Both the position numbers and the translations under genes were made by a program. A stretch of DNA of 64,000 nucleotides from an uncultured Eubacteriales bacterium (GTDB lineage: Bacteria; Bacillota; Clostridia; Lachnospirales; JAISER01). The notes beneath the pieces are model-generated. The model had not been told where the DNA came from and did no database searches. It saw only the letters and a program-made list of their open reading frames with translations. The stretch is from assembly GCA_964500895.1 (NCBI GenBank), contig CAZCQP010000003.1, positions 35,044 to 99,043 on the forward strand, given 5' to 3'. Shown one piece after another: positions 1-10,853 of the stretch. How positions within the stretch are numbered: the stretch's first letter is position 1; each line of letters starts with the position of its first letter.

Positions 1-393
1 CTCCCAGTGGATTGGTTCTGTATTGTTTCAATTGCAGGATGTACTTTGGAATAGTTTGAATCACGTAGGTGTACCTATTTGGTTAAACAATATGTTGGTT
101 TTGGGCATTTATAGAGTGGTTGCCTGGGTGGTGTCTGTGATGTTGCCCCCAATGGCTATTTTCTTTCCATTGTTTACCCTCTTGGAAGATTTGGGCTATT
201 TGCCCCGGGTGGCTTTTAACCTGGACTATCAATTTAAAAAGTGCTGTGCTTGCGGAAAGCAAGCGCTAACTATGTGCATGGGATTCGGATGCAACGCTGC
301 GGGGGTGGTAGGGTGCCGCATTATTGACTCCCCAAGGGAACGTTTAATTGCCATTCTTACCAATAACTTTGTGCCCTGCAACGGCCGGTTTCC
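1..393 (+). pseudogene. feoB: Ferrous iron transporter FeoB, upstream portion of a split gene (enters from window edge)
   Basis: Translation has FeoB membrane-domain motifs (FPLFTLLEDLGYLPRVAF, ILTNNFVPCNGRFP). After codon CCG at 392 it runs into 17 unrelated codons and a stop at 448. The expected continuation FPTLLALITIFF is at 12514. Confidence 0.85.
389..393. other. attL core of element 1 (TTTCC, repeated at 12514..12518)
   Basis: This is the only sequence shared at the two feoB break points. It sits in the same codon phase (TTT CCN = Phe-Pro) in both halves. Confidence 0.7.
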
Positions 394-423
394 GCCACCA
401 CACAAAGAGCAACACTATGCCGT

Positions 424-624
424 CTATTTAACTCCCTCCTGTGATTGAAGGATGGATAGCATTTTATCAATAACGGCTATCTTTTGTTCCGTGGTGAGCT
501 GCGACTGGTTTAACCTTCGCTCTATGACGTCTGCGTGAAACTGGCTTATGGGCTGGGCAAGGGCGTGTACATTGTTGTTATTGGTGGTATGTACGATAAT
601 GTTTTGAACATGGTTTTTTCTCAT
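424..624 (-). CDS. Small element-end protein (66 aa), candidate recombination directionality factor or regulator
   Basis: The ORF starts at MRKNHVQNIIVHTTNNNN..ADVIERRLNQSQLTTEQK. It resembles the small ORF at 42283..42450 in pattern (I.VH..N...V.....I......V..RL....T.E.K) and in position at the left end of the other element. Confidence 0.45.
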   Translation of the reverse strand: MRKNHVQNIIVHTTNNNNVHALAQPISQFHADVIERRLNQSQLTTEQKIAVIDKMLSILQSQEGVK

Positions 625-767
625 GCACACACTCCATTTCAAAAGCAATGTAGTGACAATGTATGCATGCACCGATTCGTCCAATAACAAAAAGAAAACG
701 AGAAAAAGCAGGGTTAATAAACAATGTTTTAACCAATAAAAATTAAAATTATTGTAGTCAAAGCAAG

Positions 768-782
768 TAATTGCAACAATTA
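768..782. promoter_or_regulatory. Perfect 6+3+6 palindrome TAATTG-CAA-CAATTA, with a related AATTG-CA-CAATT at 803..814; possible operator
   Basis: Read directly in the AT-rich spacer between the small ORF and the LacI-family regulator gene. Confidence 0.25.
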
Positions 783-911
783 AAAATTAAAACCTTTAGG
801 AAAATTGCACAATTATGCATTAAAGATTTATACAAAATATCTATTGCATGATTTGAAAAAAATGGTATGATTATGTTACACCGTGCTCGGACACGGTAGT
901 GAGGTGAGTGC

Positions 912-1940
912 TTGAAAGTTACTATAAAACGTATTGCAGAACTGGCAGGTGTATCAAGAGGCACCGCAGACAGGGTGTTAAATGGCAGAGGGGGCGCCAG
1001 CAAAGAAACAACCGAAAAAGTGCTGCAAATTGCCCAAAGCTTAGACTATAAGCCCAATGTAGCGGCCAAAGCGCTGGCGATGAAGCGGTACAGCAAAAAA
1101 AAGATTGGCGTGATACTCAATGCCCAGAGTAATCCGTTTTATGATGATGTGATTGAGGGCGTACATGAGCAGGCTAAACTTATTGCCGACTTAGGTTTTG
1201 AAGTGGTGGTAAAAACTGCAAAAGGTTATGATGTGCAACAACAAAGTGGGCTTATTGGCCAATTTATGGAAGATCAAATTTGCGGGCTGGCCATTTCCCC
1301 CATTAATGATATAGAGATAGCCAATAAAATTAATGAACTGGCCAACAGTGGCATTCCTGTTGTCACCGTTAACACAGACATTGAAAAGTCTAAGCGTTTG
1401 GCGTATGTGGGCAGCAATTACGAAAAGGGCGGCCGCATTGCAGCCGGTTTGTTTGGCATGACCTGTGGGCAAACAGAAAAAATTGGCATCGTCACAGGCT
1501 CTTTAAAGGTGCTGGGGCACAATTTGCGCATAAAAGGTTTTAAATCATGCATTAACCAAGACTTTCCCCGCATATCCATTGCGGATATATATGAATGTAA
1601 CGATAACGATGCGTTGGCATACCAGGTAACCAAGGAAATGCTTTTAAAAGACCAAGACATGACGGGTGTGTTTTTCACAGCCGCAGGCACAAAAGGCGGG
1701 CTTGAAGCCGTAAGAACAGTTTGCCCCCATAAAAAATTAAAAGTGGTTACTTTCGATTTTGTTCAGACAATTAAAGAAAACTTGCTGAACGATACCATCA
1801 TGGCCACCATTTGTCAGGAACCGTATCAGCAAGGGTTTTTAAGTATTAAGGTACTTTACGAATATATCATGTCGGGCATTTTGCCTGAAAGTGAATATAT
1901 TATTACAGACACATTTGTGAAAACAAAGTATAACCTGTAA
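912..1940 (+). CDS. LacI-family transcriptional regulator (TTG start)
   Basis: N-terminal [26 protein letters not shown] followed by a periplasmic-binding-protein-like sugar-binding fold. Confidence 0.85.
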   Translation: MKVTIKRIAELAGVSRGTADRVLNGRGGASKETTEKVLQIAQSLDYKPNVAAKALAMKRYSKKKIGVILNAQSNPFYDDVIEGVHEQAKLIADLGFEVVVKTAKGYDVQQQSGLIGQFMEDQICGLAISPINDIEIANKINELANSGIPVVTVNTDIEKSKRLAYVGSNYEKGGRIAAGLFGMTCGQTEKIGIVTGSLKVLGHNLRIKGFKSCINQDFPRISIADIYECNDNDALAYQVTKEMLLKDQDMTGVFFTAAGTKGGLEAVRTVCPHKKLKVVTFDFVQTIKENLLNDTIMATICQEPYQQGFLSIKVLYEYIMSGILPESEYIITDTFVKTKYNL

Positions 1941-1986
1941 TCAAGTAATGAAGGCTTGCTTCAACAGCAAACTAAAGGGGGATTAT

Positions 1987-3300
1987 ATGCATACTTTTTT
2001 TGAAAACATACCCGCCATCAAGTATGAGGGTAAGGACAGCACAAACCCGTTAGCATTTAAGCACTATAACCCGGAACAAATCATTATGGGCAAACCCATG
2101 AAAGAACATTTAAAGTTTGCCATGAGCTATTGGCACACCATGTGCGGCGCTGGTGGGGACCCTTTCGGCTCTCCCACGGTAGACAGAAGCTATGGGCAAG
2201 AAAACCCCATGGATATGGCCAAAGCAAAGGCAGACGCTGCCTTTGAATTTATGACCAAAATGGGCATTGAATATTTTTGTTTCCACGATGTAGACATTGC
2301 GCCGGAAGGCAACAGTTTAGAAGAATTTAAAGCCAATCTGGAAGAAATGACGGATTATATTAAGCAGCTGATGGATAAAACCGGAATCAAATTGCTGTGG
2401 GGAACGGCAAACCTGTTTTCCCACCCACGGTATATGCATGGCGCGGGAACTTCCCCTTATGCGGATGTTTTGGCCTGCGGGGCGTTTCAAATTAAAAATG
2501 CCATAGATGCCACCATTAAGCTGGGTGGTGCAGGGTATGTTTTCTGGGGCGGCCGTGAAGGTTATGAAACCCTGTTAAACACAGACATGGGGCTGGAGCT
2601 GGACAACATGGCCCGTTTAATGAAAATGGCAGTGCAGTATGGCCGTGCACAAGGGTTTAAAGGGGATTTCTACATAGAACCAAAACCAAAGGAACCCACC
2701 AAACATCAGTATGATTTTGACACGGCCACTGTTTTGGCATTCTTGCAAAAATACGGTTTAAAAGACGATTTTAAAGTGAACATAGAAGCCAACCACGCAA
2801 CCCTTGCCGGCCACACTTTCCAGCATGAGCTGGTGCTGGCCCGTGTGAATGGCATATTCGGCTCTATTGATGCCAACCAAGGCGACTACCTGCTGGGTTG
2901 GGACACAGACCAATTCCCTACCAACGTGCATGAAACCACCTTGTGTATGCTGGAAGTTTTAAAAGCAGGGGGCTTTACCAACGGCGGCCTGAACTTTGAT
3001 GCCAAGTTAAGACGGGGTTCTTTTCAGCCGGTGGACTTCTTCCACGCATACATCGGCGGGATGGATGCCTTTGCGTTGGGGCTTATCAAAGCAGCCAAGG
3101 TAATGGAAGACGGCCGTTTGAATCAATTCGTGGAAGAACGGTACAAAAGCTACCAATCCGGCATTGGCGCCAAAATTGTGGCAGGTGAAACAACTTTAGA
3201 AGAACTGGCAGCTTATGCGGCCAACATCCCAAATCCCACAGTGCAAAGTGGCGGGCAGGAGTATTTAGAAGGCGTTCTAAACCAAGTGATTTATTCTTAA
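1987..3300 (+). CDS. xylA: Xylose isomerase
   Basis: Motifs [30 protein letters not shown] and [24 protein letters not shown] lies before the ATG at 1987. Confidence 0.95.
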   Translation: MHTFFENIPAIKYEGKDSTNPLAFKHYNPEQIIMGKPMKEHLKFAMSYWHTMCGAGGDPFGSPTVDRSYGQENPMDMAKAKADAAFEFMTKMGIEYFCFHDVDIAPEGNSLEEFKANLEEMTDYIKQLMDKTGIKLLWGTANLFSHPRYMHGAGTSPYADVLACGAFQIKNAIDATIKLGGAGYVFWGGREGYETLLNTDMGLELDNMARLMKMAVQYGRAQGFKGDFYIEPKPKEPTKHQYDFDTATVLAFLQKYGLKDDFKVNIEANHATLAGHTFQHELVLARVNGIFGSIDANQGDYLLGWDTDQFPTNVHETTLCMLEVLKAGGFTNGGLNFDAKLRRGSFQPVDFFHAYIGGMDAFALGLIKAAKVMEDGRLNQFVEERYKSYQSGIGAKIVAGETTLEELAAYAANIPNPTVQSGGQEYLEGVLNQVIYS

Positions 3301-3318
3301 ATTAAGGGTGAATGTAAA

Positions 3319-4833
3319 GTGAAATACGTCATCGGCATAGACATTGGCACATCCGGCACAAAAACTTTGCTTGTAAGCCAAGCGGGGAAAATTGTTGCAT
3401 CGGCAAGTGCAGAATACCCTTTGTACCAGCCCCAAAACGGCTGGGCAGAGCAAGACCCTAACCACTGGTGGCAGGCCACGTGCACAACCATTCAATCTGT
3501 TTTAGTCCAGTCTGGCATAATGCCTGAAGAAATTGAAGGTATTGGTTTGTCCGGGCAAATGCACGGGCTGGTTATGCTGGATGTTAATGGTGAAGTGATT
3601 CGCCATGCCATTCTTTGGTGTGACCAGCGCACCGCCCAAGAGTGCGCAGACATTAACGGTTTGGTTGGTGAACAACGCCACGTTGAAATTGCGGCTAATC
3701 CACCCCTTACGGGTTTTACATCCCCTAAAATATTGTGGGTGCGCAAGCACGAACCAGAGCACTATGCCAAATGCCATAAAATATTGCTGCCAAAAGATTA
3801 CATCCGCTATAAGCTGACCGGGGAATTTGCCACGGAAGTGTCGGATGCTTCGGGCATGGGGCTGCTGGATGTGAAGGGCCGTTGCTGGTCTGAAGAAATA
3901 TTGGAAAAGTTGGACATAAACATCAACCTGCTGGGTAAGATGCATGAGTCTGTGGAAATTACCGGCCGGGTGACCCAACAAGCTTCCCAACAAACCGGCC
4001 TTGCAGAAGGCACGTTGGTGGCAGGTGGGGCTGGCGATAATGCAGCCGCAGCTGTAGGCACCGGCATTGTAAAAGATGGAAGGGCCTTTACGACCATTGG
4101 CACTTCCGGGGTGGTATATGCCCACACCTCCACACCCGTCATCGAATCAAAGGGGCGGATACATACGTTTTGTTCAGCTGTGCCCGGGGAATGGCATGTG
4201 ATGGGCGTCACCCAAGGGGCAGGCCTTTCCCTTCGCTGGTTGCGGGACACGGTGTGTACGGAGGAAGCGGCGGAAGCCAACATGCAGGGCACCGACCCAT
4301 ACGATGTGATGGCTAAAGAAGCAGAAACGGCACCCATTGGTGCTGAAAGTCTGGTGTTTCTGCCCTACTTAATGGGCGAGCGCACCCCCCATTTAAACCC
4401 CAACGCAAGGGGCGTGTTTTTCGGCTTGTCCCCCGTACATCATAGAAGCCACATGATTCGCAGCGTTATGGAAGGGGTTAGCTATTCACTGATGGACTGC
4501 CTGGCCTTGCTCAAAGAAATGGACATTGTCTGCAACGACATGACCATTTGCGGTGGGGGAGGGCGTAGCGCCTTCTGGTGCCAAATGCTGGCAGATATTT
4601 TTGGCAGCCCGGTGAAAACACTGCAAAGCGCAGAAGGCCCGGCTTTAGGTGTGGCCATTCTGGCAGGGGTTGGCGCCGGTTGGTTTCAAACCGTGGAAGA
4701 AGGTTGCCAACAGTTTTTGGCTACGAAAAAAAGCTATGAACCCCAAAACGAAAACAAACCGGCTTACGATAAGTATTATGACATTTATAAAAACCTTTAC
4801 AAAGATTTGGCCACACGGTTTAACGATTTGTAA
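3319..4833 (+). CDS. xylB: Xylulokinase (FGGY family, GTG start)
   Basis: YVIGIDIGTSGTKTLL, GLSGQMHGLV, GGAGDNAAAAVGTG. Immediately downstream of xylA. Confidence 0.9.
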   Translation: MKYVIGIDIGTSGTKTLLVSQAGKIVASASAEYPLYQPQNGWAEQDPNHWWQATCTTIQSVLVQSGIMPEEIEGIGLSGQMHGLVMLDVNGEVIRHAILWCDQRTAQECADINGLVGEQRHVEIAANPPLTGFTSPKILWVRKHEPEHYAKCHKILLPKDYIRYKLTGEFATEVSDASGMGLLDVKGRCWSEEILEKLDININLLGKMHESVEITGRVTQQASQQTGLAEGTLVAGGAGDNAAAAVGTGIVKDGRAFTTIGTSGVVYAHTSTPVIESKGRIHTFCSAVPGEWHVMGVTQGAGLSLRWLRDTVCTEEAAEANMQGTDPYDVMAKEAETAPIGAESLVFLPYLMGERTPHLNPNARGVFFGLSPVHHRSHMIRSVMEGVSYSLMDCLALLKEMDIVCNDMTICGGGGRSAFWCQMLADIFGSPVKTLQSAEGPALGVAILAGVGAGWFQTVEEGCQQFLATKKSYEPQNENKPAYDKYYDIYKNLYKDLATRFNDL

Positions 4834-4882
4834 TTAAAGACGCAACCACGATCAAACTTCATATTTTAAGGAGGTTTATGCC

Positions 4883-5875
4883 ATGGGAAAAAGACTTGTT
4901 ACATTATGCACATGCCAGTGGGCAGATTTGCCTTTGGAGGAGCTGTGCCAGTTGGCAGTACAAATGGGCTATGACGGCCTGGAACTGGCTTGCTGGGGCA
5001 ACGGTGTAGATTTGGACAAAGCCGCCGCAGACGACGGCTATGTAGCTGAAGTTTTAAACACCCTTAAAAAGTATAACCTGCAATGCAAGGCACTGGCCAC
5101 CCACATCATTGGCCAATGCGTGGGGGATGCCCCAGACGTGCGCTTGAACAACTTTGCCCCCCCTCAACTGGCCGATAAGCCGGAAGAAATTCGGCAATGG
5201 GGCATTGAGACTATGAAAAAAGCCGCCATTGTGGCTAAGAAAATGGGTGTTAAAGTCATTACAGGCTTTACCGGTTCCCCCATCTGGAAGTTTGTATACT
5301 CCTTCCCACAAACCACAGAGCAAATGGTGGAAGAAGGTTTTGACGAAATTGTACGGTTGTGGACGCCCATTTTGGAAGTGTTCAAAGAAAATGATGTGAA
5401 ATTTGCTTTGGAAGTGCACCCGGGGGAAATTGCTTTTGATTATTACTCCACCCAAAAACTACTGAAAAAGTTTGAGGGCGTTGAAGCATTTGGGCTGAAC
5501 TTTGACCCCAGCCATCTGCTGTGGCAAGGCATTAAGCCAGAGCTTTTCCTGCGGGATTTCATGCACAAAGTATACCATGTACATATGAAAGACGTGGCCG
5601 TAACGCTGGACGGCAGAAGCGGCATTTTAGGTTCCCACATTGATTTTGGCGACTTGCGCCGTGGCTGGAACTTCCGTTCTTTAGGCCATGGGGATGTAAA
5701 CTTTGAAGAAATTATCCGTACACTCAATGCTGCCGGTTACGACGGCCCGCTTTCCGTGGAATGGGAAGACAGCGGCATGGACCGCATTGAAGGGGCAACA
5801 GAAGCTGCTGCATTTGTGAAGAAAATTGACTTTAAAGCTTCCGATTTTAAGTTTGACGATGCCATTGCAAACTAA
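4883..5875 (+). CDS. Sugar phosphate isomerase/epimerase (xylose-isomerase-like TIM barrel)
   Basis: Family-typical pattern (GYDGLELA, ALEVHPGEIAF, HVHMKD, SVEWED). Confidence 0.75.
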   Translation: MGKRLVTLCTCQWADLPLEELCQLAVQMGYDGLELACWGNGVDLDKAAADDGYVAEVLNTLKKYNLQCKALATHIIGQCVGDAPDVRLNNFAPPQLADKPEEIRQWGIETMKKAAIVAKKMGVKVITGFTGSPIWKFVYSFPQTTEQMVEEGFDEIVRLWTPILEVFKENDVKFALEVHPGEIAFDYYSTQKLLKKFEGVEAFGLNFDPSHLLWQGIKPELFLRDFMHKVYHVHMKDVAVTLDGRSGILGSHIDFGDLRRGWNFRSLGHGDVNFEEIIRTLNAAGYDGPLSVEWEDSGMDRIEGATEAAAFVKKIDFKASDFKFDDAIAN

Positions 5876-5902
5876 TTTGAAACAATGGAAGGAGGATTGT
5901 GC

Positions 5903-7051
5903 ATGAAACGTGTGACATACGGCATGGTGGGCGGGCATCTTCATGCCTTTATCGGTGAGGTACACCGCAAAGCTTTAAATTATGACAACCGAGCCCGTTT
6001 GGTTGCCGGATGCTTTAGCTCCGATGCTGAAAAGAACAATGAAACCGGCCAGGCCTACAGCTTAGAGGACGGCCGGGTTTATGCAAGCTACGCCGATATG
6101 GCAGAAAAAGAAAGTGCACGTGAAGACGGCATTAACTTTGTTATCATCACCACGCCAAATCATTTGCATTATGCGGTGTCTAAGGCGTTTCTGGAAAAAG
6201 GCATTCATGTGGTGTGCGAAAAGCCTTTGTGCTTTGAAGTGGCGCAAGCCCAGGAACTGGTGGAGCTGGCAGAAAAGAAAAACCTGCTCTTTGCCGTTAC
6301 ATATTCATACACCGGCTACACCATGATTAAAGTTATGAAAGAAATGATTGCAAACGGGGCCATTGGCAATGTGGTGTCTGTAAATGGCGAATACATTCAG
6401 GAATGGCTCATTGACAACCTTTCCCCGGAACAACCAGGCACAGCAAAACTTTCTGTGTGGCGTACAGACCCTCAATATTCCGGCGTATCCAATTGCGTGG
6501 GGGATATTGGCACCCACATTGAAAACATGATTCACTATTTAACAGGTTTAAATATCAAGCGTTTGGCCGCTACCGTTAACCGTTTTGGGCACCCGCTGGA
6601 CTTAAACGCCAACATGCTCATCGAATACGACAACGGGGTGAACGGTGCATACTGGTGTTCCCAAATTGCAGCCGGTAAGTTGAACGGGTTTAAAGTGCGT
6701 ATTTATGGGGATTTAGGGGCACTGGAATGGGAACAACACTTCCCAGACTACGTTCAGTATACGCCAAAAGGCAAACCCACCCAAACCCTTTCCAGAGGCA
6801 CAGGTTATATCACGGAACAAGCGGGCGGATACAGCCGCATCCCCTCCGGCCACCCTGAAGGGCTGTATGTGGCGTTTGCTAACATGTACAAAAACATCAT
6901 CAGTGCGGTGTTAAAGCTGAAAGAAGGCCAGCAGCTTACCGAAGCAGATATGGATTTTGCAACGGTGAAGGACGGCTTAAATGGTGTGAAATTTGTGCAT
7001 GCCGTGATGGAAAGCGCAGAAAAAGGCGCTTGCTGGGTTGATGTAAACTGA
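5903..7051 (+). CDS. Gfo/Idh/MocA family oxidoreductase
   Basis: N-terminal Rossmann segment, ITTPNHLH and EKPL motifs. RBS AAGGAGG lies before the ATG at 5903. Confidence 0.8.
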   Translation: MKRVTYGMVGGHLHAFIGEVHRKALNYDNRARLVAGCFSSDAEKNNETGQAYSLEDGRVYASYADMAEKESAREDGINFVIITTPNHLHYAVSKAFLEKGIHVVCEKPLCFEVAQAQELVELAEKKNLLFAVTYSYTGYTMIKVMKEMIANGAIGNVVSVNGEYIQEWLIDNLSPEQPGTAKLSVWRTDPQYSGVSNCVGDIGTHIENMIHYLTGLNIKRLAATVNRFGHPLDLNANMLIEYDNGVNGAYWCSQIAAGKLNGFKVRIYGDLGALEWEQHFPDYVQYTPKGKPTQTLSRGTGYITEQAGGYSRIPSGHPEGLYVAFANMYKNIISAVLKLKEGQQLTEADMDFATVKDGLNGVKFVHAVMESAEKGACWVDVN

Positions 7052-7114
7052 GCATAGATGGTTTATGCAAGGTTTATATATGTACTGAAAATATAAAAAA
7101 ATGGAGGTCAAAGT

Positions 7115-8191
7115 ATGAAAAAAGCAATTGCATTAGGGCTTGCGCTGGTAATGTCTACCGCACTCCTGTTCACCGGATGCAGTTCTTCCACACCGGCTCC
7201 GTCTCCGGAAGCGCCTGCCGCTGAAGAACCGGCAGCCGAAACACTAGCTGTGCAAGAAGCACCCGCAGCAGACGGGGAAATTTCCATTCTCATTCCAGGT
7301 GCCACCCACGGTTGGCCGGTAGGCGTGTTGTACTACGCCAATGAGAAGCAAAAAGAGCTGGAAACATTAGGCCAAAAAGCGGTTGTATACACAGCAGACA
7401 CCGCACAAGCCCAGATTGAGAAACTGGAAGACTTGATGACCCGTTCCGACATTAAAGGCGTGATGATTTTACCTTTTGATAACAGCGTGGTCAACGCCGT
7501 TAAAGGCATGGAAGGCAAAGTACCTTTCGTTATGTTCGACCGTATTCTTGAAGGCGTCAATTCCAACGCCAACGTAATGGGCGACAACTTCGGCATTGGG
7601 TACGAAACCGCCAAGATTTTCCTTGAAAAAGGGCTGCAAAAAACCGACAAAATTTTAGAAATGCCTGGCGACAACTCCAGCGTTCCTGAAATGCGTTCCA
7701 ATGGCTTTAGAGAAGGCTTGAAAACACAAGGCGGCTGGACGGACGAAGAACTGAACGCTGCTATCTTCAAAACCGACTTCACTGGTTGGAGCCGTGACAA
7801 TTCCAAAACCTTGTTCGAGGGCTTCGTAGGCTCTAAAACACAAGAAGAACTTGATCAATACAAGTTTATCTTCACCCATGACGATGAAATCGCCATTGGT
7901 ATCTTCAACGCTATTCAAGCAGGCAACCTGGGCAAAAACATTGACAAAGTTGAAGTTTTAGCCGCTTCTGCCGGTAACCAAGAAATGTACAACATTCTGA
8001 ATGATGGCACCTATGCCGACCAGTTCTATCTGTTCTCTCTCACCTACCCGCCATACATGGTGCAAGACGCCATTGACGTGTTGGTGCAAGTGTTGAACGG
8101 CGAAACGGTTGACAAAGAAATTGTTATCCCTGTTAAAAAAGTGGATAGCACCAATGCCAAAGACTACTTAAATCCTGATTCACCTTATTAA
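7115..8191 (+). CDS. Sugar ABC transporter substrate-binding lipoprotein
   Basis: Lipoprotein signal (LLFTGC), Ala/Pro/Glu-rich linker, then a periplasmic sugar-binding fold. Confidence 0.8.
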   Translation: MKKAIALGLALVMSTALLFTGCSSSTPAPSPEAPAAEEPAAETLAVQEAPAADGEISILIPGATHGWPVGVLYYANEKQKELETLGQKAVVYTADTAQAQIEKLEDLMTRSDIKGVMILPFDNSVVNAVKGMEGKVPFVMFDRILEGVNSNANVMGDNFGIGYETAKIFLEKGLQKTDKILEMPGDNSSVPEMRSNGFREGLKTQGGWTDEELNAAIFKTDFTGWSRDNSKTLFEGFVGSKTQEELDQYKFIFTHDDEIAIGIFNAIQAGNLGKNIDKVEVLAASAGNQEMYNILNDGTYADQFYLFSLTYPPYMVQDAIDVLVQVLNGETVDKEIVIPVKKVDSTNAKDYLNPDSPY

Positions 8192-8275
8192 TCCGTTTCC
8201 TCTAGCAAAGGCTGTATGATGCAGTGCTTTATACAGCCTTTGCTTATAAAGTTTGCGAATAAGCGGGGGTCAAAC

Positions 8276-9790
8276 ATGCAGTTATTGGAAATGACAAACA
8301 TAAGCAAGTCGTTTTTTGGTGTTAAGGTATTAAACAATGTGACCCTCACAGTAGGCGAGGGCGAAACCCATGCCCTGCTGGGCGAAAACGGCGCAGGGAA
8401 ATCCACGCTGATGAACATTCTTGGCGGCGTTCACGAACGAGACAGCGGGGAAATTGTGCTTAACGGCAAAAAGATTGATAAAATCACCACCAAAACCGCT
8501 TCAGAGCTGGGCATTGCATTTGTACACCAGGAATTGAACCTTTTTAATGATCTAACCGTTTTTGAAAACATTTTTTTAAGAGAAGAAATTGTTAACCGCT
8601 TTGGAAAAGTGATGAACAAGGAAATGATTCAGTCTGTGGCGGTGCTTTTTGACGACCTGGGCGTGGAGATAGACCCTACAGTCATGGTGAGTGAATTGGA
8701 CACTGCCCAAAAGCAGCTACTGGAAATTGCCAAAGCTTTGCGCAAAGACGCCAACATTTTCATTATGGACGAGCCAACAACTGCCTTGGGTAATGCTGAA
8801 ATTGAAAAATTATTTGCTATCATTAACCGGCTGAAAGCAAAAGGGAAATCTTTTATCTTTATTTCCCATAAAATGCCAGAAATATTTACAATTGCCGATA
8901 AGTACACGGTGCTTAGAAACGGCAACTATGTGGGCTCTGGCCTTATTTCTGAAACCACGCCGGAAGCCGTTACCAAATTAATGGTGGGTGAATCCTACGA
9001 TAACAGTGACGTGTACAAGGAAAGGAAATTAACGGAACCTGTGTTGGAGCTTGAAAACTTTACCGGCACCGGTTTTACAGATATAAATTTAAAAATTTAC
9101 AAGGGTGAAATATTTAGTTTAACCGGGTTGCATGGGGCAGGGTGCAGTGAACTGTTGCAGTGTATGTTTGGCATAACACAGCCCACATCGGGCACCATGA
9201 AGGTGGCCGGAAAGGTTTACAATTGCAGCGGCATTCACCATGCCATGAAAAATAAAATTGCCATGCTGCCCTCTAACCGCAAAGAAAACTCTATTATTCC
9301 AGACATGAACTTGCTGGAAAATGCATACATATCCGAACATACGTTAAGCAGCGCAAAACAACATATATTCAAAAAAAATGAAGTCAGTAAATATAACCAT
9401 CTAAGCAAAATGCTCAACATTAAAGCCAATAACCACAATGACCTGATTGTTAGCCTAAGCGGTGGAAACCAGCAAAAAGTTGTTTTGGCCAAATGGCTGA
9501 ACACCCAGGCGGACATCTTTTTGTTCGACAACCCCACCCAAGGTATTGACGTTGGAGCCAAAAATGAAATTTATAAGCTGATTGTAGAGCTATCCAATCA
9601 AGGAAAGACCGTCATTGTGAATACGTTAGAAATATCTGAAATACAAAAAATATCAGACAGATGCGCAGTGTTTTACCATTCACATTTGCAAGTGGTGTTG
9701 GACAGGCAAAATATTAACGAGAAAACGGTGATGCTTTATGCCACAAATGCAGTCAGTATTTCGGAGGGTGACTATGAACAAGCAGAATAA
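8276..9790 (+). CDS. Sugar ABC transporter ATP-binding protein (two fused ABC domains)
   Basis: Walker A GENGAGKST, signature LSGGNQQK, duplicated ABC modules. RBS GGGGG lies before the ATG at 8276. Confidence 0.9.
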   Translation: MQLLEMTNISKSFFGVKVLNNVTLTVGEGETHALLGENGAGKSTLMNILGGVHERDSGEIVLNGKKIDKITTKTASELGIAFVHQELNLFNDLTVFENIFLREEIVNRFGKVMNKEMIQSVAVLFDDLGVEIDPTVMVSELDTAQKQLLEIAKALRKDANIFIMDEPTTALGNAEIEKLFAIINRLKAKGKSFIFISHKMPEIFTIADKYTVLRNGNYVGSGLISETTPEAVTKLMVGESYDNSDVYKERKLTEPVLELENFTGTGFTDINLKIYKGEIFSLTGLHGAGCSELLQCMFGITQPTSGTMKVAGKVYNCSGIHHAMKNKIAMLPSNRKENSIIPDMNLLENAYISEHTLSSAKQHIFKKNEVSKYNHLSKMLNIKANNHNDLIVSLSGGNQQKVVLAKWLNTQADIFLFDNPTQGIDVGAKNEIYKLIVELSNQGKTVIVNTLEISEIQKISDRCAVFYHSHLQVVLDRQNINEKTVMLYATNAVSISEGDYEQAE

Positions 9791-10766
9791 CGCTCAAAAA
9801 GAATCCATTTTAAAATGGCTGTGGTTTAATTTTAACTATGTTATCATTTTCTTTGTTATTTTTATTGCCTACTTAATTGTGAACGGCAAAGCCACCAACT
9901 GGGCAGCCATTACAAACATTATGCGCCACAGCTCCATCATTGGCATTGTGGCGTTGGCCATGGGGCTTATCATTCTTATCGGCAACATTGATTTGTCTGT
10001 AGGGTCAACGGTGGCATTAGTGGGCGGGTTTTCGGTGCTGGTGTTTAATGCTACGGGCAGCCTGGCACTGACCATTGTTTTCGGCATAGCGGCAGGTGGT
10101 GTTGCAGGGCTTATAAACGGTCTTTTAATTGGTAAGATTCGTATGCCTGCCTTCATCGCCACTCTGGCTACCATGATGATGTACCGTTCAGTTTCCCAGT
10201 ATTATTTAAGCAATACGGGTGTGGCCATGTATAAAATAGATGCCAATGCCGCCCAATATGATGCATTTTTTGCCTTGGGTAACGGCAATCAGTTTACCAT
10301 TCCCATTTTAACCATCATTTTTATTGTCATTGCCTGCATATTAATTTATGTAACAACCTCCACCAAATTCGGCAAAACGTTGTACGCCATTGGTAGCAAC
10401 GAAAAAGCCGCCAAATTAAGCGGTATTAACACCGAACGGGTTCGGGTGGTTGTATACGTAATAGCAGGGGCATTGGTTGGTTTGGCAGCGGTTATGTTTG
10501 CGGGGCAAAACGGAACCATCACCCCGTCTTCTGCGGGCAAAAACTATGAGCTTTATGCCATTGCGGCGGTAGTGATTGGTGGCCTTGAAATGTCTGGCGG
10601 CCGGGGCAAAATAATGGGCGTTATATTCGGTATGCTTACGTTTACAGTTATTGATAAAATCATTCTGTCCTTGGGGTATAACCCCCTCATTAATGATACC
10701 ATCAAAGGGGCTATTCTGCTTATTGCCATTATGCTGCAATTGCTGCAAAGCAGAAGGAAAGCCTAG
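9774..10766 (+). CDS. Sugar ABC transporter permease (ribose/xylose-type)
   Basis: Multi-pass hydrophobic protein with the GNIDLSVGS motif. The start overlaps the end of the ATPase gene. Confidence 0.85.
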   Translation: MNKQNNAQKESILKWLWFNFNYVIIFFVIFIAYLIVNGKATNWAAITNIMRHSSIIGIVALAMGLIILIGNIDLSVGSTVALVGGFSVLVFNATGSLALTIVFGIAAGGVAGLINGLLIGKIRMPAFIATLATMMMYRSVSQYYLSNTGVAMYKIDANAAQYDAFFALGNGNQFTIPILTIIFIVIACILIYVTTSTKFGKTLYAIGSNEKAAKLSGINTERVRVVVYVIAGALVGLAAVMFAGQNGTITPSSAGKNYELYAIAAVVIGGLEMSGGRGKIMGVIFGMLTFTVIDKIILSLGYNPLINDTIKGAILLIAIMLQLLQSRRKA

Positions 10767-10796
10767 TACCTACAAAAGCTTAATCCATACAAAAGC

Positions 10797-10827
10797 GTCC
10801 GCCGGCTCTGTTTTCGGCGGACATTTT
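10797..10827 (+). terminator. Rho-independent terminator after the ABC operon
   Basis: GTCCGCCG / CGGCGGAC stem followed by a T-rich tail. Confidence 0.6.
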
Positions 10828-10853
10828 ACTTTCTTAGAGGATGGTGATAGCTT

